From assembly GCA_035531555.1 (NCBI GenBank), contig DATKSR010000053.1, forward strand, positions 6,497 to 70,496: DNA of 64,000 nt, written 5' to 3'. The notes beneath the pieces are model-generated. The model did no database searches and was not told the DNA's origin. It was given only the letters and a program-made list of their open reading frames with translations. The translations under genes and the position numbers were made by a program. Source of the DNA: Candidatus Dormiibacterota bacterium. GTDB lineage: Bacteria > Chloroflexota > Dormibacteria > Aeolococcales > Bog-877. Below, in pieces: positions 27,410 to 36,736 of this stretch; within the stretch, counting starts at the first letter, position 1; each line of letters opens with the position of its first letter.

Positions 27410-28023
27410 TGGGGGTGGGCGTCGGGAGGTGCCGGGGACGACCCTCGGGGCGACCGCCGGCGCTTGGGCGGCCGTCCCTCCTCGGCGTCGACCCGCTCTA
27501 GCAGTCCACCGCCCGCGCGAGGCAGTCGGCGGCTCACTCCTTCTCGATTGCGCCGCGCCTGGATCTCGGCCAGTCGCCGCTGCTGCCCCGACTGGCCGGC
27601 GGCGACCGAGCTGGAGCGCTCCAGGGGAGGACGGGTGTCCCAGCGTCGCACGTAGAACGCGCCCTTCAGGGCCGTGTAGGGAATGGCGCAGATCTTGTGC
27701 TCTCGGCTCTTGGCGTCGATGATGTCCCAAACGGAGCCGAACCTTTGCAGCGAGGCGGGGGTGATCACATGGGCCCGCAGCACCTGACCGTCGATGAAGT
27801 GCAGGGCCACTCGTGCCAGCTGCTTCAGGTCGACCTCTGCGCCCGGCTGGGGGACTTTGGTGAGGTCGATCTGGCGCAAGCCGCTGACCGGGACCAGGGC
27901 CTGCCGGGCATTGCCGTCCAGGGTGTGCAGGTCGAGGTCCACGAAGGGGTCGTCCATGTGCAGCAGCGGCAAGTCGCCGTAGAGGACCTCGCCGTCCAAG
28001 AAGGACACGACCACTTCTGGCAC
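27406..28023 (-). CDS. Hypothetical protein with two tandem small modules and an Arg-rich C-terminal tail
   Basis: 205-aa ORF, translationally coupled (ATGA) to the epimerase. Internal duplication: VVVSFLDGEVLYG...LVPVSGLRQI versus VALHFIDGQVLRA...AIPYTALKGA. No family recognised. Confidence 0.6.
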   Translation of the reverse strand: MPEVVVSFLDGEVLYGDLPLLHMDDPFVDLDLHTLDGNARQALVPVSGLRQIDLTKVPQPGAEVDLKQLARVALHFIDGQVLRAHVITPASLQRFGSVWDIIDAKSREHKICAIPYTALKGAFYVRRWDTRPPLERSSSVAAGQSGQQRRLAEIQARRNREGVSRRLPRAGGGLLERVDAEEGRPPKRRRSPRGSSPAPPDAHPQ

Positions 28024-28283
28024 AGCACGTCAACCTTCACACAAACGGGGGCCGCCACCTGCCGACGCCAGCCCAGCCCACCCGTCATTGGAACGTAAGG
28101 CCGGTGTCACTCTTTCGCTACCGGCTCGGACCCAAGGTCTGGATCTGGACGGCTACGGTGGGAGACATCATAGGGCTGGTGCCTGACGACGGTCTCGGAG
28201 TTCTCAACCCGCCTTGCCACCTGGCGAAGAACGACCGAGGCAATCGGGACGGCCACTTCATCTGACCAGGCAGGGGATGCAGA

Positions 28284-30422
28284 TTGGCCAACCAGCCCAC
28301 CACGCGACGGCGCGTTCGCCGCAAGTCCTTCACCGCCCAGTTCGCCCTGGTGCTGGTGGCCGTCGGGCTGGCGACCGCGGTGGTGGCGGGTGCGGTGGCC
28401 TGGGTCGAAACCCAGCAGGTGCGCAGCCAGCAGCAAGCCCAGGCCGGGTTGGGGGCGGCCAAGCTGGCCGGGAGTCTGGTCCGCACCCAGACCGCCACCG
28501 CCTCGGAGCGCTTCGCCTGCGAGGTAGCGGGACTGCCGACGACCCGCACAGCCTACGCCCAGGGCGCGTCCAGCCTAGCGACCGTCGCCCAGGCGGCGGT
28601 CGCCAACGCCAGCCCGGGTCAGGTCGTGGTCTTGATAGGCACCAGCGGGCAAGTCCTGGCCCGGGCTCCCGCCAGCGCACCCGCCCTGGCCGGAGTGAAC
28701 TTCGTGGCCGCCGGCTCGACCGTCGGCGCGCCAGGCTGCGTGGACCCGGGTAAGAGCGGCTTCTTCACCTTGGGCGGCGATCGCCAGCTGTTGGGGGCAG
28801 GGGCGGCCAGGGTCAGCACCGGTGGCACCACCCTGGGACGCGTCTTCGTGCTGACTCCTGTCGGGGCGGGTGTCCTCAATTACGCCCAGCGGCTGGTGGA
28901 CACCGCGGGGCTGCACTCATCCGCCGTCCTGATGGTCGGGGGAAAGCTGGCCCTTCCCGCCCAGATCGGGGGCGATCGCTACCAAGCCGGAGCGCCGCTA
29001 CCGGACTCCCTCCGTGCGGCCCTTCGGGGCGAAGGCCACGCCGGCCAGGCCTCGGTCAACGGGACTCAATACGCGGTCGCCGAGCAGTCGCTGCTCTCGG
29101 CGAGCGGCCAGCCGATAGCAACTTTGCTGGTGCTGGAATCAGGAGGCGGCATCAGCCTGACCGTCGCGGACCTAGCGTTGCCGTTGACCTTGGCGGTCGC
29201 CGGGGTCCTCTTGCTGGGGCTGGTGGTGGTCTTCCTTTTGGTGGAGCATTTTCTCAACCGCCCTCTTCGCCGCCTCGACATCGCCGTGCAACGGCTGGGG
29301 CAGGACGCCTACGCCGCGCCCGTTACGGTCGGAGGCGGAGCTGAGGAGATCACCCGCCTGGCGGCCAATTTTGAGTTGGTGCGAAAGCAGCTCCGCCGGC
29401 AACTCCTGATTGCCACCGGGCGGACGGTGATCGCCTCCACGCTCACCGGCAATGCGCCGCTGGAGCAGGCGCTCGACCAGGTGTTGCGCAGCCTGGTCGA
29501 CCTCCTGGACGCCGACGTGGCCATGATCCTGCTCCGGCCCCAGGCCCAGATGCCTCGTGGGTTGCTGCTCGCGACCGGTGTGCCGGAGCCGGCCCCCAGT
29601 TGGGCCGAGATGGAGAGCACTCACGGAGTCATCGGAACCCTGATCCGAGAGCCTCGCTTCTTGGTCCGCACCCACCTGAGCCCGGAGGAGCGCAGCGCCC
29701 CCGAGGAGCAGATGGGGTTGAAGGACTGCCTGGCGGAACCGATGCGCTCCGAGGATCACGACGTGGGACTGCTCTTGGTAGGCAACAAACGCAAGCCCTA
29801 CATCGACGAGGACTACACGCTCTGTCGAGGCATCGCTGACCAGATCGTGGTCGCCGTCGAGAAGAGCACCCGCCTGGCGGTGACGCAGCGGGAGGCTACC
29901 ACCGACGAGATGACCGGGCTCTACAACTACCGCTTCTTGGTGGGATATCTCGACCAGCAGGTAAACGTGGCCGAGCGGGCCAGCTCCCCGCTCTCCGTCC
30001 TGATGCTTGACCTAGACCACTTCAAGGCGGTCAACGACTCACACGGACATCCAGCCGGAGACCGACTGCTGCGCCAATTCGCCAGCCTCATGGTGGAGAC
30101 CATCCGCAAATCTGACCTGGCCGCCCGCTACGGGGGAGAGGAGTTCGTAGTGGTGATGGCCAACACCGCCCGCGACGATGCGGAGGTGGTCGCCGACAAG
30201 ATTCGGTCGGCGGTCGAAGAGATGGTGGTCCGGTTGGACGACGGCACCGAGGTTCGCATCACGGTGAGCATCGGGGGAGTCACCTTCCCCGAGGGATCGA
30301 AGGGTGCGCGCAACCTCCTCGACCTCGCCGACCGCGCACTGTACGCCGCCAAGCGCAACGGGCGCAACCGGGTCGAATTCCTGGACCCGGCCGCCACCGC
30401 CGCAGAGCCGGTCAGCCCCTGA
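28284..30422 (+). CDS. Membrane sensor diguanylate cyclase (periplasmic region, HAMP, GAF-like, GGDEF)
   Basis: GGEEF active site with an RxxD I-site (RKSD) five residues upstream, TGLYNYRFL and DLDHFKAVND. Two TM segments flank a ~270-aa sensor region. Confidence 0.85.
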   Translation: MANQPTTRRRVRRKSFTAQFALVLVAVGLATAVVAGAVAWVETQQVRSQQQAQAGLGAAKLAGSLVRTQTATASERFACEVAGLPTTRTAYAQGASSLATVAQAAVANASPGQVVVLIGTSGQVLARAPASAPALAGVNFVAAGSTVGAPGCVDPGKSGFFTLGGDRQLLGAGAARVSTGGTTLGRVFVLTPVGAGVLNYAQRLVDTAGLHSSAVLMVGGKLALPAQIGGDRYQAGAPLPDSLRAALRGEGHAGQASVNGTQYAVAEQSLLSASGQPIATLLVLESGGGISLTVADLALPLTLAVAGVLLLGLVVVFLLVEHFLNRPLRRLDIAVQRLGQDAYAAPVTVGGGAEEITRLAANFELVRKQLRRQLLIATGRTVIASTLTGNAPLEQALDQVLRSLVDLLDADVAMILLRPQAQMPRGLLLATGVPEPAPSWAEMESTHGVIGTLIREPRFLVRTHLSPEERSAPEEQMGLKDCLAEPMRSEDHDVGLLLVGNKRKPYIDEDYTLCRGIADQIVVAVEKSTRLAVTQREATTDEMTGLYNYRFLVGYLDQQVNVAERASSPLSVLMLDLDHFKAVNDSHGHPAGDRLLRQFASLMVETIRKSDLAARYGGEEFVVVMANTARDDAEVVADKIRSAVEEMVVRLDDGTEVRITVSIGGVTFPEGSKGARNLLDLADRALYAAKRNGRNRVEFLDPAATAAEPVSP

Positions 30423-30462
30423 ACGGACTCCCACCAGGAGCCCCTACGATAGGGCGCGACGC

Positions 30463-31497
30463 ATGCCCACCGTGATCGATCTACGCAGCGACACCGTGAC
30501 CCGGCCCTCGGAGGGGATGCGCCAGGCGATGGCCATCGCTGAGGTTGGCGACGACGTGTTCGGGGAGGACCCCACCGCGCGGCTGCTGGAGGAGCGGGTC
30601 GCCGCACTGCTAGGCAAGGAGTCAGCGCTGCTGTGTCCCAGCGGCACCATGGCCAACCTGATCAGCGTGGCGAGTGCCACGGCGCCGGGCGAAGAGGTGC
30701 TGGTGGATTCCGAGTCGCACATACTCCACTACGAGCTGGCCGGGACCGCCATGATTGCTGGCGTCCAGCTGCGCAACTTTGATGCACCGACCGCCGGCTG
30801 TCCGTCCCCGGTGCAGTTGGAGTCACTGGAGCGGCTCGCCGATCCCGACCACGAGCCGCGGACGGCGCTGCTGTGCCTGGAGCAGAGCCATAACCGAAGG
30901 GGCGGTACGGTGGTCTCCATCGAGGAATTACGACACAGCACCGAAGCGGCCCACCGCATGGGCCTGTTGGTGCATTTGGATGGTGCCCGGCTCGCCAACG
31001 CCGCCGCGAGCCGGGGCGTCGCCATGACCGAGTTCTCGGATTGTGTCGACTCCTTGACCTTCTCCCTCTCCAAAGGGCTGGGCTGTCCGGTGGGGACCCT
31101 TTGGGTGGGGTCGAGGGCAGCCCGCACCCGGGCCCACGTCTGGCGCAAGCGCCTGGGCGGTGGAATGCGCCAGGTCGGCATTCTGGCCGCGGCCGGGCTC
31201 TACGCCCTCGACCACAACCTCGATCGTCTCCCCGATGACCACCGCAAGGCGCAGCAGCTCGCGGAGTTGCTCCAGTCCACGCCTGGGGTGACCGTGGATC
31301 CCCGGCTGGTGCAGACCAATATTGTCCTTCTGGAAACCGCCGAAAATGCCAACGTGATCGTGGAACGCGCCCAGCGCGAGGGGGTACTCACAGTACCGTT
31401 TTCCTCACGCACCGTCCGCTGCGTCACGCACCTTGACGTGACGACAGAGGATGTCGTGATGGCCGGCGAGCGCCTGCGCCGAGTCTTCTCCGCCTGA
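30463..31497 (+). CDS. ltaE: Low-specificity L-threonine aldolase
   Basis: IDLRSDTVTRPS..MR.AM..AEVGDDVFGEDPT...SGTMANL and the FSLSKGLG PLP-lysine region. The ATG at 30463 fits the family N-terminus. The ORF extension from 30304 overlaps the cyclase. Confidence 0.85.
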   Translation: MPTVIDLRSDTVTRPSEGMRQAMAIAEVGDDVFGEDPTARLLEERVAALLGKESALLCPSGTMANLISVASATAPGEEVLVDSESHILHYELAGTAMIAGVQLRNFDAPTAGCPSPVQLESLERLADPDHEPRTALLCLEQSHNRRGGTVVSIEELRHSTEAAHRMGLLVHLDGARLANAAASRGVAMTEFSDCVDSLTFSLSKGLGCPVGTLWVGSRAARTRAHVWRKRLGGGMRQVGILAAAGLYALDHNLDRLPDDHRKAQQLAELLQSTPGVTVDPRLVQTNIVLLETAENANVIVERAQREGVLTVPFSSRTVRCVTHLDVTTEDVVMAGERLRRVFSA

Positions 31498-31523
31498 CCA
31501 GAGCTGCGTCGGGACACAAAGAA

Positions 31524-31549
31524 AGGAGCGGGCCTCGCGACCCGCTCCT
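31524..31549. terminator. Bidirectional terminator hairpin between convergent genes
   Basis: AGGAGCGGG / CCCGCTCCT, a 9-bp stem with an 8-nt loop, in the 80-bp spacer between ltaE and the basic repeat protein. Confidence 0.5.
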
Positions 31550-31577
31550 CGACAGGCAATACTTGCAGAGAGTGCTC

Positions 31578-32210
31578 TCAGGCGGCGCCGGAACCTCCCG
31601 CGCTGGATAGAGTTACCCGGCCACGACGCTTGGCGGGGCGACGGGCCGCCTTCGGAGCCGCCGCGGCGCGCGTGGTCTTGCGAGCAGTGGTCTTCCGCGC
31701 CGCCGGCTTGCGCGCCGTCCGCGTGGTCTTGGCCGTCCGGGTGGCAGCTGCGCGACGCGGTGCTGCCGCGGTCCGTGCCGTCCGACGCCGAGTGGTTGCC
31801 CGCGCTGGCGTGGTCCGGGTCGTGGCGCGACGGGCAGCGGTGCGCCGAGCTGGCTTGCGGGCGGTTCGGGTCGCGGCCCTGGCTGTGGTGGAGCGGCGGG
31901 TAGCGGTGCGCCGGGCTGGCCCGCGCGCCGCCCGGGGAGCTGCCGCCGTGCGAGTCACGGCCGCGTCCAACTTCTTCTCAATGTCGGCCAGTCGCTTCTC
32001 CAACGCCTTGAGTTGAGATGTGAGGTTCTTGCTCAGCGAGGCGGCGGTGGGTGCAGTGCGAGTGGTGCGCCGAGCGGTGGTCCGCCGCGCGGTCGTGCTG
32101 CGGGCCGTGGTACGTGCGGCGGTTCGCCTGGTCGCCGGCCTTCGTGTGGTGCGAGTGGCAGGGCGCGCGGTAGTGCGCCTGGTGCCAGTTCTCCTGGGCG
32201 TTCGGGGCAT
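31578..32210 (-). CDS. Highly basic Arg/Thr/Ala-repeat protein with a central coiled coil (possible histone-like/nucleic-acid-binding protein)
   Basis: ATG at 32210 lies 10 nt after AGGAGG. The N- and C-terminal thirds are degenerate TTAR/RRTA/ARKP repeats. The centre, LSKNLTSQLKALEKRLADIEKKLDAA, has a heptad-like pattern. Confidence 0.6.
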   Translation of the reverse strand: MPRTPRRTGTRRTTARPATRTTRRPATRRTAARTTARSTTARRTTARRTTRTAPTAASLSKNLTSQLKALEKRLADIEKKLDAAVTRTAAAPRAARGPARRTATRRSTTARAATRTARKPARRTAARRATTRTTPARATTRRRTARTAAAPRRAAATRTAKTTRTARKPAARKTTARKTTRAAAAPKAARRPAKRRGRVTLSSAGGSGAA

Positions 32211-32409
32211 AGGTCCGTATCCTCCTAGGTTGCTTCGGCGCAAGTTGGGTGAGCGCCTTGAGGTTCAGGGTGAACCTTGATTATTGACGCCGGTTGTGAT
32301 TGTGACGTGGGTGAAAACGCGCCAATCCGAGTGTCCGCGCCGTCGAGTTAATCTGATTGTGCCACACATTCGTGCATGAGGGTGACGATGTCAACCACTT
32401 TGATCCCTC

Positions 32410-33759
32410 TTGGCAAAGTGTTACCGCCTCGTCGCAGGCGCCCGCCTAGCCCAAAATCGGCGGGCGCGTCGCTCCTATACTGACGCGGTGATCGCGCTCG
32501 CCCCGACGCCGGGAAGCGAAGACCTCTACGGCACCGCCCAGCACCGCGTAGATCAGGCGGCTGAGTTGCTGCATCTCGACGAGGATGCCCGCTGCGTGCT
32601 GCGCGAAGTCAAGCGGATCTTCCAGGTGCACTTCCCAGTTGTGCTGGACGACGGCTCGGTAGAAGTCTTCGTGGGCAACCGAGTGCATCACAACATCGCC
32701 CGGGGGCCCGCCAAGGGCGGGATCCGCTACGAGCCGGATGCCACTCTGGACCAGACCAAGGCGCTGGCGATGGCGATGAGCTGGAAGACAGCATTGATGT
32801 CCTTGCCATTCGGCGGAGCCGCGGGCGCGGTCCGCGTCGATCCCCATCGGATGAGCTCACGCGAATTGGAACGGCTGACTCGCCGCTTCACGACCGAAAT
32901 CAGCCTGCTGTTGGGACCGGAGCGCGACATCCCCGCTCCTGATATCGGCACCGGCCCACAGATCATGGCCTGGATCATGGACACCATCTCCATGCATCAG
33001 GGTTTCTCGGTGACCGCCTCGGTTACCGGCAAACCGATCGAAGCGGGGGGTTCGGTGGGCCGGGTGGAGGCTGCCGGGCGGGGATTGGCGATCGTCCTCA
33101 TGCACACGCTGCGCAATACCGGTCTCAGCTTGGAAGGTGCGACGGTGGCCGTGGAGGGCTTCGGCAACGTCGGCAGGACCTGCGCGAGACTCCTGGGCGA
33201 GGCTGGCTGCCGGGTGGTGGCGGTCTCCGACAGTCACGACGGCTGGCATTGCGACAGTGGCTTGGACCTAGCCCGACTCGAGGAGGTCAAGCTCCAGGGC
33301 GGGCGGCTCTCTGACGCCAAGGTGCCTGGGGAGTTGCTGACTCGCGAGGAGCTTTTGAGCTTGCCGGTCACGGTACTGGTGCCGGCATCGGTGGAATCCA
33401 CCATCAACAGTTCCAACGCGAGCCATGTGCGAGCGCGAATCGTTGCGGAAGGGGCAAACGGTCCCATCACTCCGGTTGCCGAGGCGGTGCTGGCTGAGGA
33501 CGGCATCGTGGTGGTTCCCGATATCCTCGCCAACGCCGGTGGAGTCACCGTGTCGTACTTCGAATGGGTTCAGGACCTGCAGTCTTTCTTCTGGGACGAG
33601 AAGGAGATCAACACCCAGCTGGAACGCGCGATGCTGCGCGCCAGCGAGCAAGTGTGGGCCTATCACGCGCGCCACAAGGTCTCACTGCGGGAGGCGGCCT
33701 ACCTGATTGCGGTGGGCCGGGTCGCGCGGGCCGCCCACGCTCGCGGGATCTATCCCTAG
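32410..33759 (+). CDS. gdh: Glutamate dehydrogenase (Glu/Leu/Phe/Val dehydrogenase family)
   Basis: GPAKGGIRY catalytic-lysine motif and the Rossmann VAVEGFGNVGR. The start is uncertain (GTG at 32488 is a plausible shorter start). Confidence 0.85.
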   Translation: MAKCYRLVAGARLAQNRRARRSYTDAVIALAPTPGSEDLYGTAQHRVDQAAELLHLDEDARCVLREVKRIFQVHFPVVLDDGSVEVFVGNRVHHNIARGPAKGGIRYEPDATLDQTKALAMAMSWKTALMSLPFGGAAGAVRVDPHRMSSRELERLTRRFTTEISLLLGPERDIPAPDIGTGPQIMAWIMDTISMHQGFSVTASVTGKPIEAGGSVGRVEAAGRGLAIVLMHTLRNTGLSLEGATVAVEGFGNVGRTCARLLGEAGCRVVAVSDSHDGWHCDSGLDLARLEEVKLQGGRLSDAKVPGELLTREELLSLPVTVLVPASVESTINSSNASHVRARIVAEGANGPITPVAEAVLAEDGIVVVPDILANAGGVTVSYFEWVQDLQSFFWDEKEINTQLERAMLRASEQVWAYHARHKVSLREAAYLIAVGRVARAAHARGIYP

Positions 33760-34568
33760 TGCGCTAGGCGCAGATACGGCACCCGCTGCCGCTGAGCTTC
33801 GCTTCGGGGAGGCTGGTACTCGAAGCGGTAGCCCGCCCCGATGACCGCGTGCAGATAGTGGGCACCATCACCCCGGGGCTGGATCTTTCGGCGCAGCCGG
33901 TAGAGGTGAGCGTCCAGTGAATGAACCCGATAGGGGTCGCGGTTACGCCAAACCTCCGCGATCAGCTGCGGACGGGGCACGACCGCACCTGACTGCCGGG
34001 CCAGCGCGACCAGGATCTTGAATTCCGTCGGAGTCAGCGCGACCGGCCGACCGTCCCGGCGGACTTCGTGGCGGCCCATGTCGATGGTGAGGCCAGGGAA
34101 GTGGAGGCGCTCGACTCCACCGGCCTCGCGGGTGAGCTGTGCTCGACGCAAGCGTGCGTTGATCCGAGCGACCAGTTCGCGGACTTCGAAGGGCTTGCGC
34201 AGGTAGTCGTCGGCACCAACCTCCAGGCCGACGACTACATCCTCGGGGTCGTGCAGGCAACTGATCATCAGCACCGTCACCTTGACACCCGCCGAGCGCA
34301 GGCGGCGACAGACCTCGACTCCGCTCATGTCCGGCAGCACCAGGTCGAGCAGCACCAGGTCGGGCTCAGTTTCGAGCGTCAGCCGCAGCCCGGCGGCGCC
34401 GGTGGTGGCGCTGACCACGTCGTAGCCGTTCTCGGCAGCGATCAACTCCACCAGCCGGAGCATGGCGAGGTCGTCATCGATGACCAGGATCTTGGAGGCC
34501 GTCAACCCCAGGGGACTTCCCACCGCTCCCCAACCGCCGCCGCTGTCGATGGTTGCAAACTGGCTCAC
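33756..34568 (-). CDS. OmpR-family response regulator (no adjacent kinase)
   Basis: Receiver domain (ILVIDDDLAML..LVLLDLVLPDMSG..DDYLRKPF) plus a winged helix (LDAHLYRLRRKI..GAGYRF). Confidence 0.8.
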   Translation of the reverse strand: MSQFATIDSGGGWGAVGSPLGLTASKILVIDDDLAMLRLVELIAAENGYDVVSATTGAAGLRLTLETEPDLVLLDLVLPDMSGVEVCRRLRSAGVKVTVLMISCLHDPEDVVVGLEVGADDYLRKPFEVRELVARINARLRRAQLTREAGGVERLHFPGLTIDMGRHEVRRDGRPVALTPTEFKILVALARQSGAVVPRPQLIAEVWRNRDPYRVHSLDAHLYRLRRKIQPRGDGAHYLHAVIGAGYRFEYQPPRSEAQRQRVPYLRLAH

Positions 34569-34713
34569 GCACCGATTGTGTCGCGGACCCAGCTGATCGG
34601 CTCATCGTGGTCTGGGCACGGGTGAGTAACAAGCTGCACGGTGGCTGTGACAGGTCGGGAGGCTTCCGCGACTTCGGGTACGATGTTGCCCGGGGGGTCA
34701 CAGGGAGCGGCAG

Positions 34714-35385
34714 TTGAACGATCCTTTAAAGAGCCTTGCCGGATGGGCTGGGAGGCGTCGGTTGGGAGTAATCCTGGCCGGCAGCGGCATCCTCTTGATC
34801 GTGGCGGGCTTGGCGATCTTCGTCCCGCCGCTGGTGGGGGTCCTGCAGCGCGCTCGGACGGACACCCAGGCCCTCCAGAAGTGGAAGGATCCTGGCTCGG
34901 CGCTCAGTACCCAGCTGCCCAAGGTCAAGACCATTCAGCAGCCAGGGACCAGCCCCGTGCCCACCGCTCCCAACTGCGGCAGCGGCTCGCCCGCCTCCGA
35001 GTACGCCCTGATCGACTTCCCCAGCCTTTCGGGGATCGAGGGGGTCGCCGGTAACGGGAACTGGTCCCAGCTCCTGCAGCGCTCGGTCGTCCATTACTCG
35101 ACGACCCCGGGCCCGGGCCAGCCTGGCAACGGTCTGTATGCCCTCCACCGGGAGCCGAACTTCGAGCCTCTCGGGACCCTCAAGGCCGGGGACACGATCG
35201 TGCTCACCAATCGGACCTGCCAGCAGTTCACCTACGTGATCACCCAGGTCTGGACGGAGTCCCCCTCCCAGGTCACTCAGCTGCAGCCGATCAGCAGCGG
35301 CACCTGGATCACGGTGGTCACCTGCACCCCGCTCTGGATCGACAGCCACCGGTTGGTGATCCGGGCGCAGCTCCAGACCAGCTAG
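34714..35385 (+). CDS. Sortase family transpeptidase (class E/D-like)
   Basis: N-terminal TM anchor, PGQPGNGLYALHRE (the GN..GHR-type His region), GDTI, the VVTCTP catalytic Cys motif, and a downstream conserved Arg (HRLVIRA). Confidence 0.75.
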   Translation: MNDPLKSLAGWAGRRRLGVILAGSGILLIVAGLAIFVPPLVGVLQRARTDTQALQKWKDPGSALSTQLPKVKTIQQPGTSPVPTAPNCGSGSPASEYALIDFPSLSGIEGVAGNGNWSQLLQRSVVHYSTTPGPGQPGNGLYALHREPNFEPLGTLKAGDTIVLTNRTCQQFTYVITQVWTESPSQVTQLQPISSGTWITVVTCTPLWIDSHRLVIRAQLQTS

Positions 35386-35554
35386 CGGCCGGCTGACGGG
35401 CCGCAACCACTACATGGAGGGGGAAGGTGCTGCGTCGCCCACTAGATGCTGCGGTGCAGGTCAGGACATGGCGCCCGCGTCTGATATGCTTGATCTCGGG
35501 TTGGCGCTCGGTTAGGTGGACCTCGCGCACCCAGAAAATCGGAGGGAGCCTTGC

Positions 35555-36715
35555 TTGGACATCGAACTAGGAAGAGGTAAACGAGCAAGGCGAGCCTACG
35601 GGTTCGACGAGGTGGCCTTGGTGCCGGGCAAGGTCACCATCAATCCTGACGAGATCGACATCCGGCTGACCATCGGCGAGGTCGAGCTCGCGGTTCCCAT
35701 CCTGGCGGCGGCCATGGACGGGGTGGTCGACGCCCACTTCGCGATCGAGATGGGCAAGCTGGGGGGGCTCGCCGTCCTCAACCTGGACGGGATCAATTGC
35801 CGCTACGACGATGTGGCCGCTATCTATGAGCAGATCGCCGAGGCACCCCGAGAGCGGGTGAACGTCCTGCTCCAGGAGCTCTACCGGCAGCCGGTCAAGG
35901 ACGAATTGATCGCCCAGCGGATTGGGGAGATCAAGCGGGAGGGGGTGATCTGCGGGGTCTCCACCACCCCGGCGGACGCCGAGCGCAAGCTCCCCATCGT
36001 CACCGAGGCCGGGGCTGACCTCTATTTCGTCCAGGGGACGGTACTCACCGCCCGCCACATCTCCCGCTCCTATCGGCAGCTCGACTTCGCCCAGCTGGTG
36101 AAGAACTCCAAGCTCCCGATCGTGGTCGGGAACTGCGTGGAGTACTACACGGCGCTGGAGCTGATGGGTACCGGGGTGGCCGCGATTCTGGTCGGAGTCG
36201 GCCCGGGAGCCGCCTGTACCACCCGCGCCGTCTTGGGGATCGGAGTCCCCCAGGTGACCGCCACCGCCGACGTCGCGGCGGCTCGCCACGACCATCGCCG
36301 GGCGGGCGGTCAGCCGGTCACCGTGATCACCGACGGTGGGATGCGGGTGGGCGGGGATGTCACCAAGGCACTGGCGTCGGGGGCTGACGGGGTGATGATC
36401 GGCTCGGTCTTCGCCTCGGCCGAGGAGGCCCCGGGGCAAGGCAACCACTGGGGGATGGCGACCCCCGACGCCGATCTCCCCCGGGGCACCCGAATCAAGG
36501 TGGGAACCAAGGCCACCCTCCGGGAACTACTCCTGGGTCCGGCCCGGGTCGACGATGGCACCCAGAACTTGCTAGGCGCGCTCAAGTCGGCGATGGGGGT
36601 CTGCGGCGCTCGGACGATTGAGGAGTTTCAGCAGACCGAGCTGGTGATCGCCCCTTCCATCCTCACGGAGGGGAAGCTGTTCCAGCAGGCCCAGCAGGTC
36701 GGGATGGCTCGCTGA
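35555..36715 (+). CDS. GuaB3-type IMP dehydrogenase family protein
   Basis: [25 protein letters not shown]-terminus and TIM-barrel motifs without the CBS pair, as in actinobacterial GuaB3. TTG 35555 follows GGAGGGA. Confidence 0.75.
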   Translation: MDIELGRGKRARRAYGFDEVALVPGKVTINPDEIDIRLTIGEVELAVPILAAAMDGVVDAHFAIEMGKLGGLAVLNLDGINCRYDDVAAIYEQIAEAPRERVNVLLQELYRQPVKDELIAQRIGEIKREGVICGVSTTPADAERKLPIVTEAGADLYFVQGTVLTARHISRSYRQLDFAQLVKNSKLPIVVGNCVEYYTALELMGTGVAAILVGVGPGAACTTRAVLGIGVPQVTATADVAAARHDHRRAGGQPVTVITDGGMRVGGDVTKALASGADGVMIGSVFASAEEAPGQGNHWGMATPDADLPRGTRIKVGTKATLRELLLGPARVDDGTQNLLGALKSAMGVCGARTIEEFQQTELVIAPSILTEGKLFQQAQQVGMAR

Positions 36716-36736
36716 GGTGCGAGCAGGGAGGCGAGG

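Noticed and set aside
26459-28033. A single 524-aa protein from the full ORF 26459..28033
   Set aside because: Only the C-terminal 316 codons (from [13 protein letters not shown]) look like an epimerase. The N-terminal 208 codons are Arg/Pro/Ala-rich and overlap, out of frame, the better-behaved 205-aa ORF 27406..28023, whose stop forms an ATGA junction with the epimerase start.
28034-28283. Possible riboswitch (for example c-di-GMP class) in the 250-bp spacer upstream of the GGDEF gene
   Set aside because: I could not recognise any conserved riboswitch core or convincing stacked helices by eye. A covariance-model scan would be needed. No claim is made.
31630-32280. Plus-strand ORFs 31630..32016, 32013..32228 and 32020..32280, opposite the basic repeat gene
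   Set aside because: They are mirror frames of the (ACS-GCS-CGS)n-type repeat, translating to Ala/Val/Arg runs. They lack an SD or start context, whereas the minus-strand frame has AGGAGG plus ATG and a coiled-coil centre.
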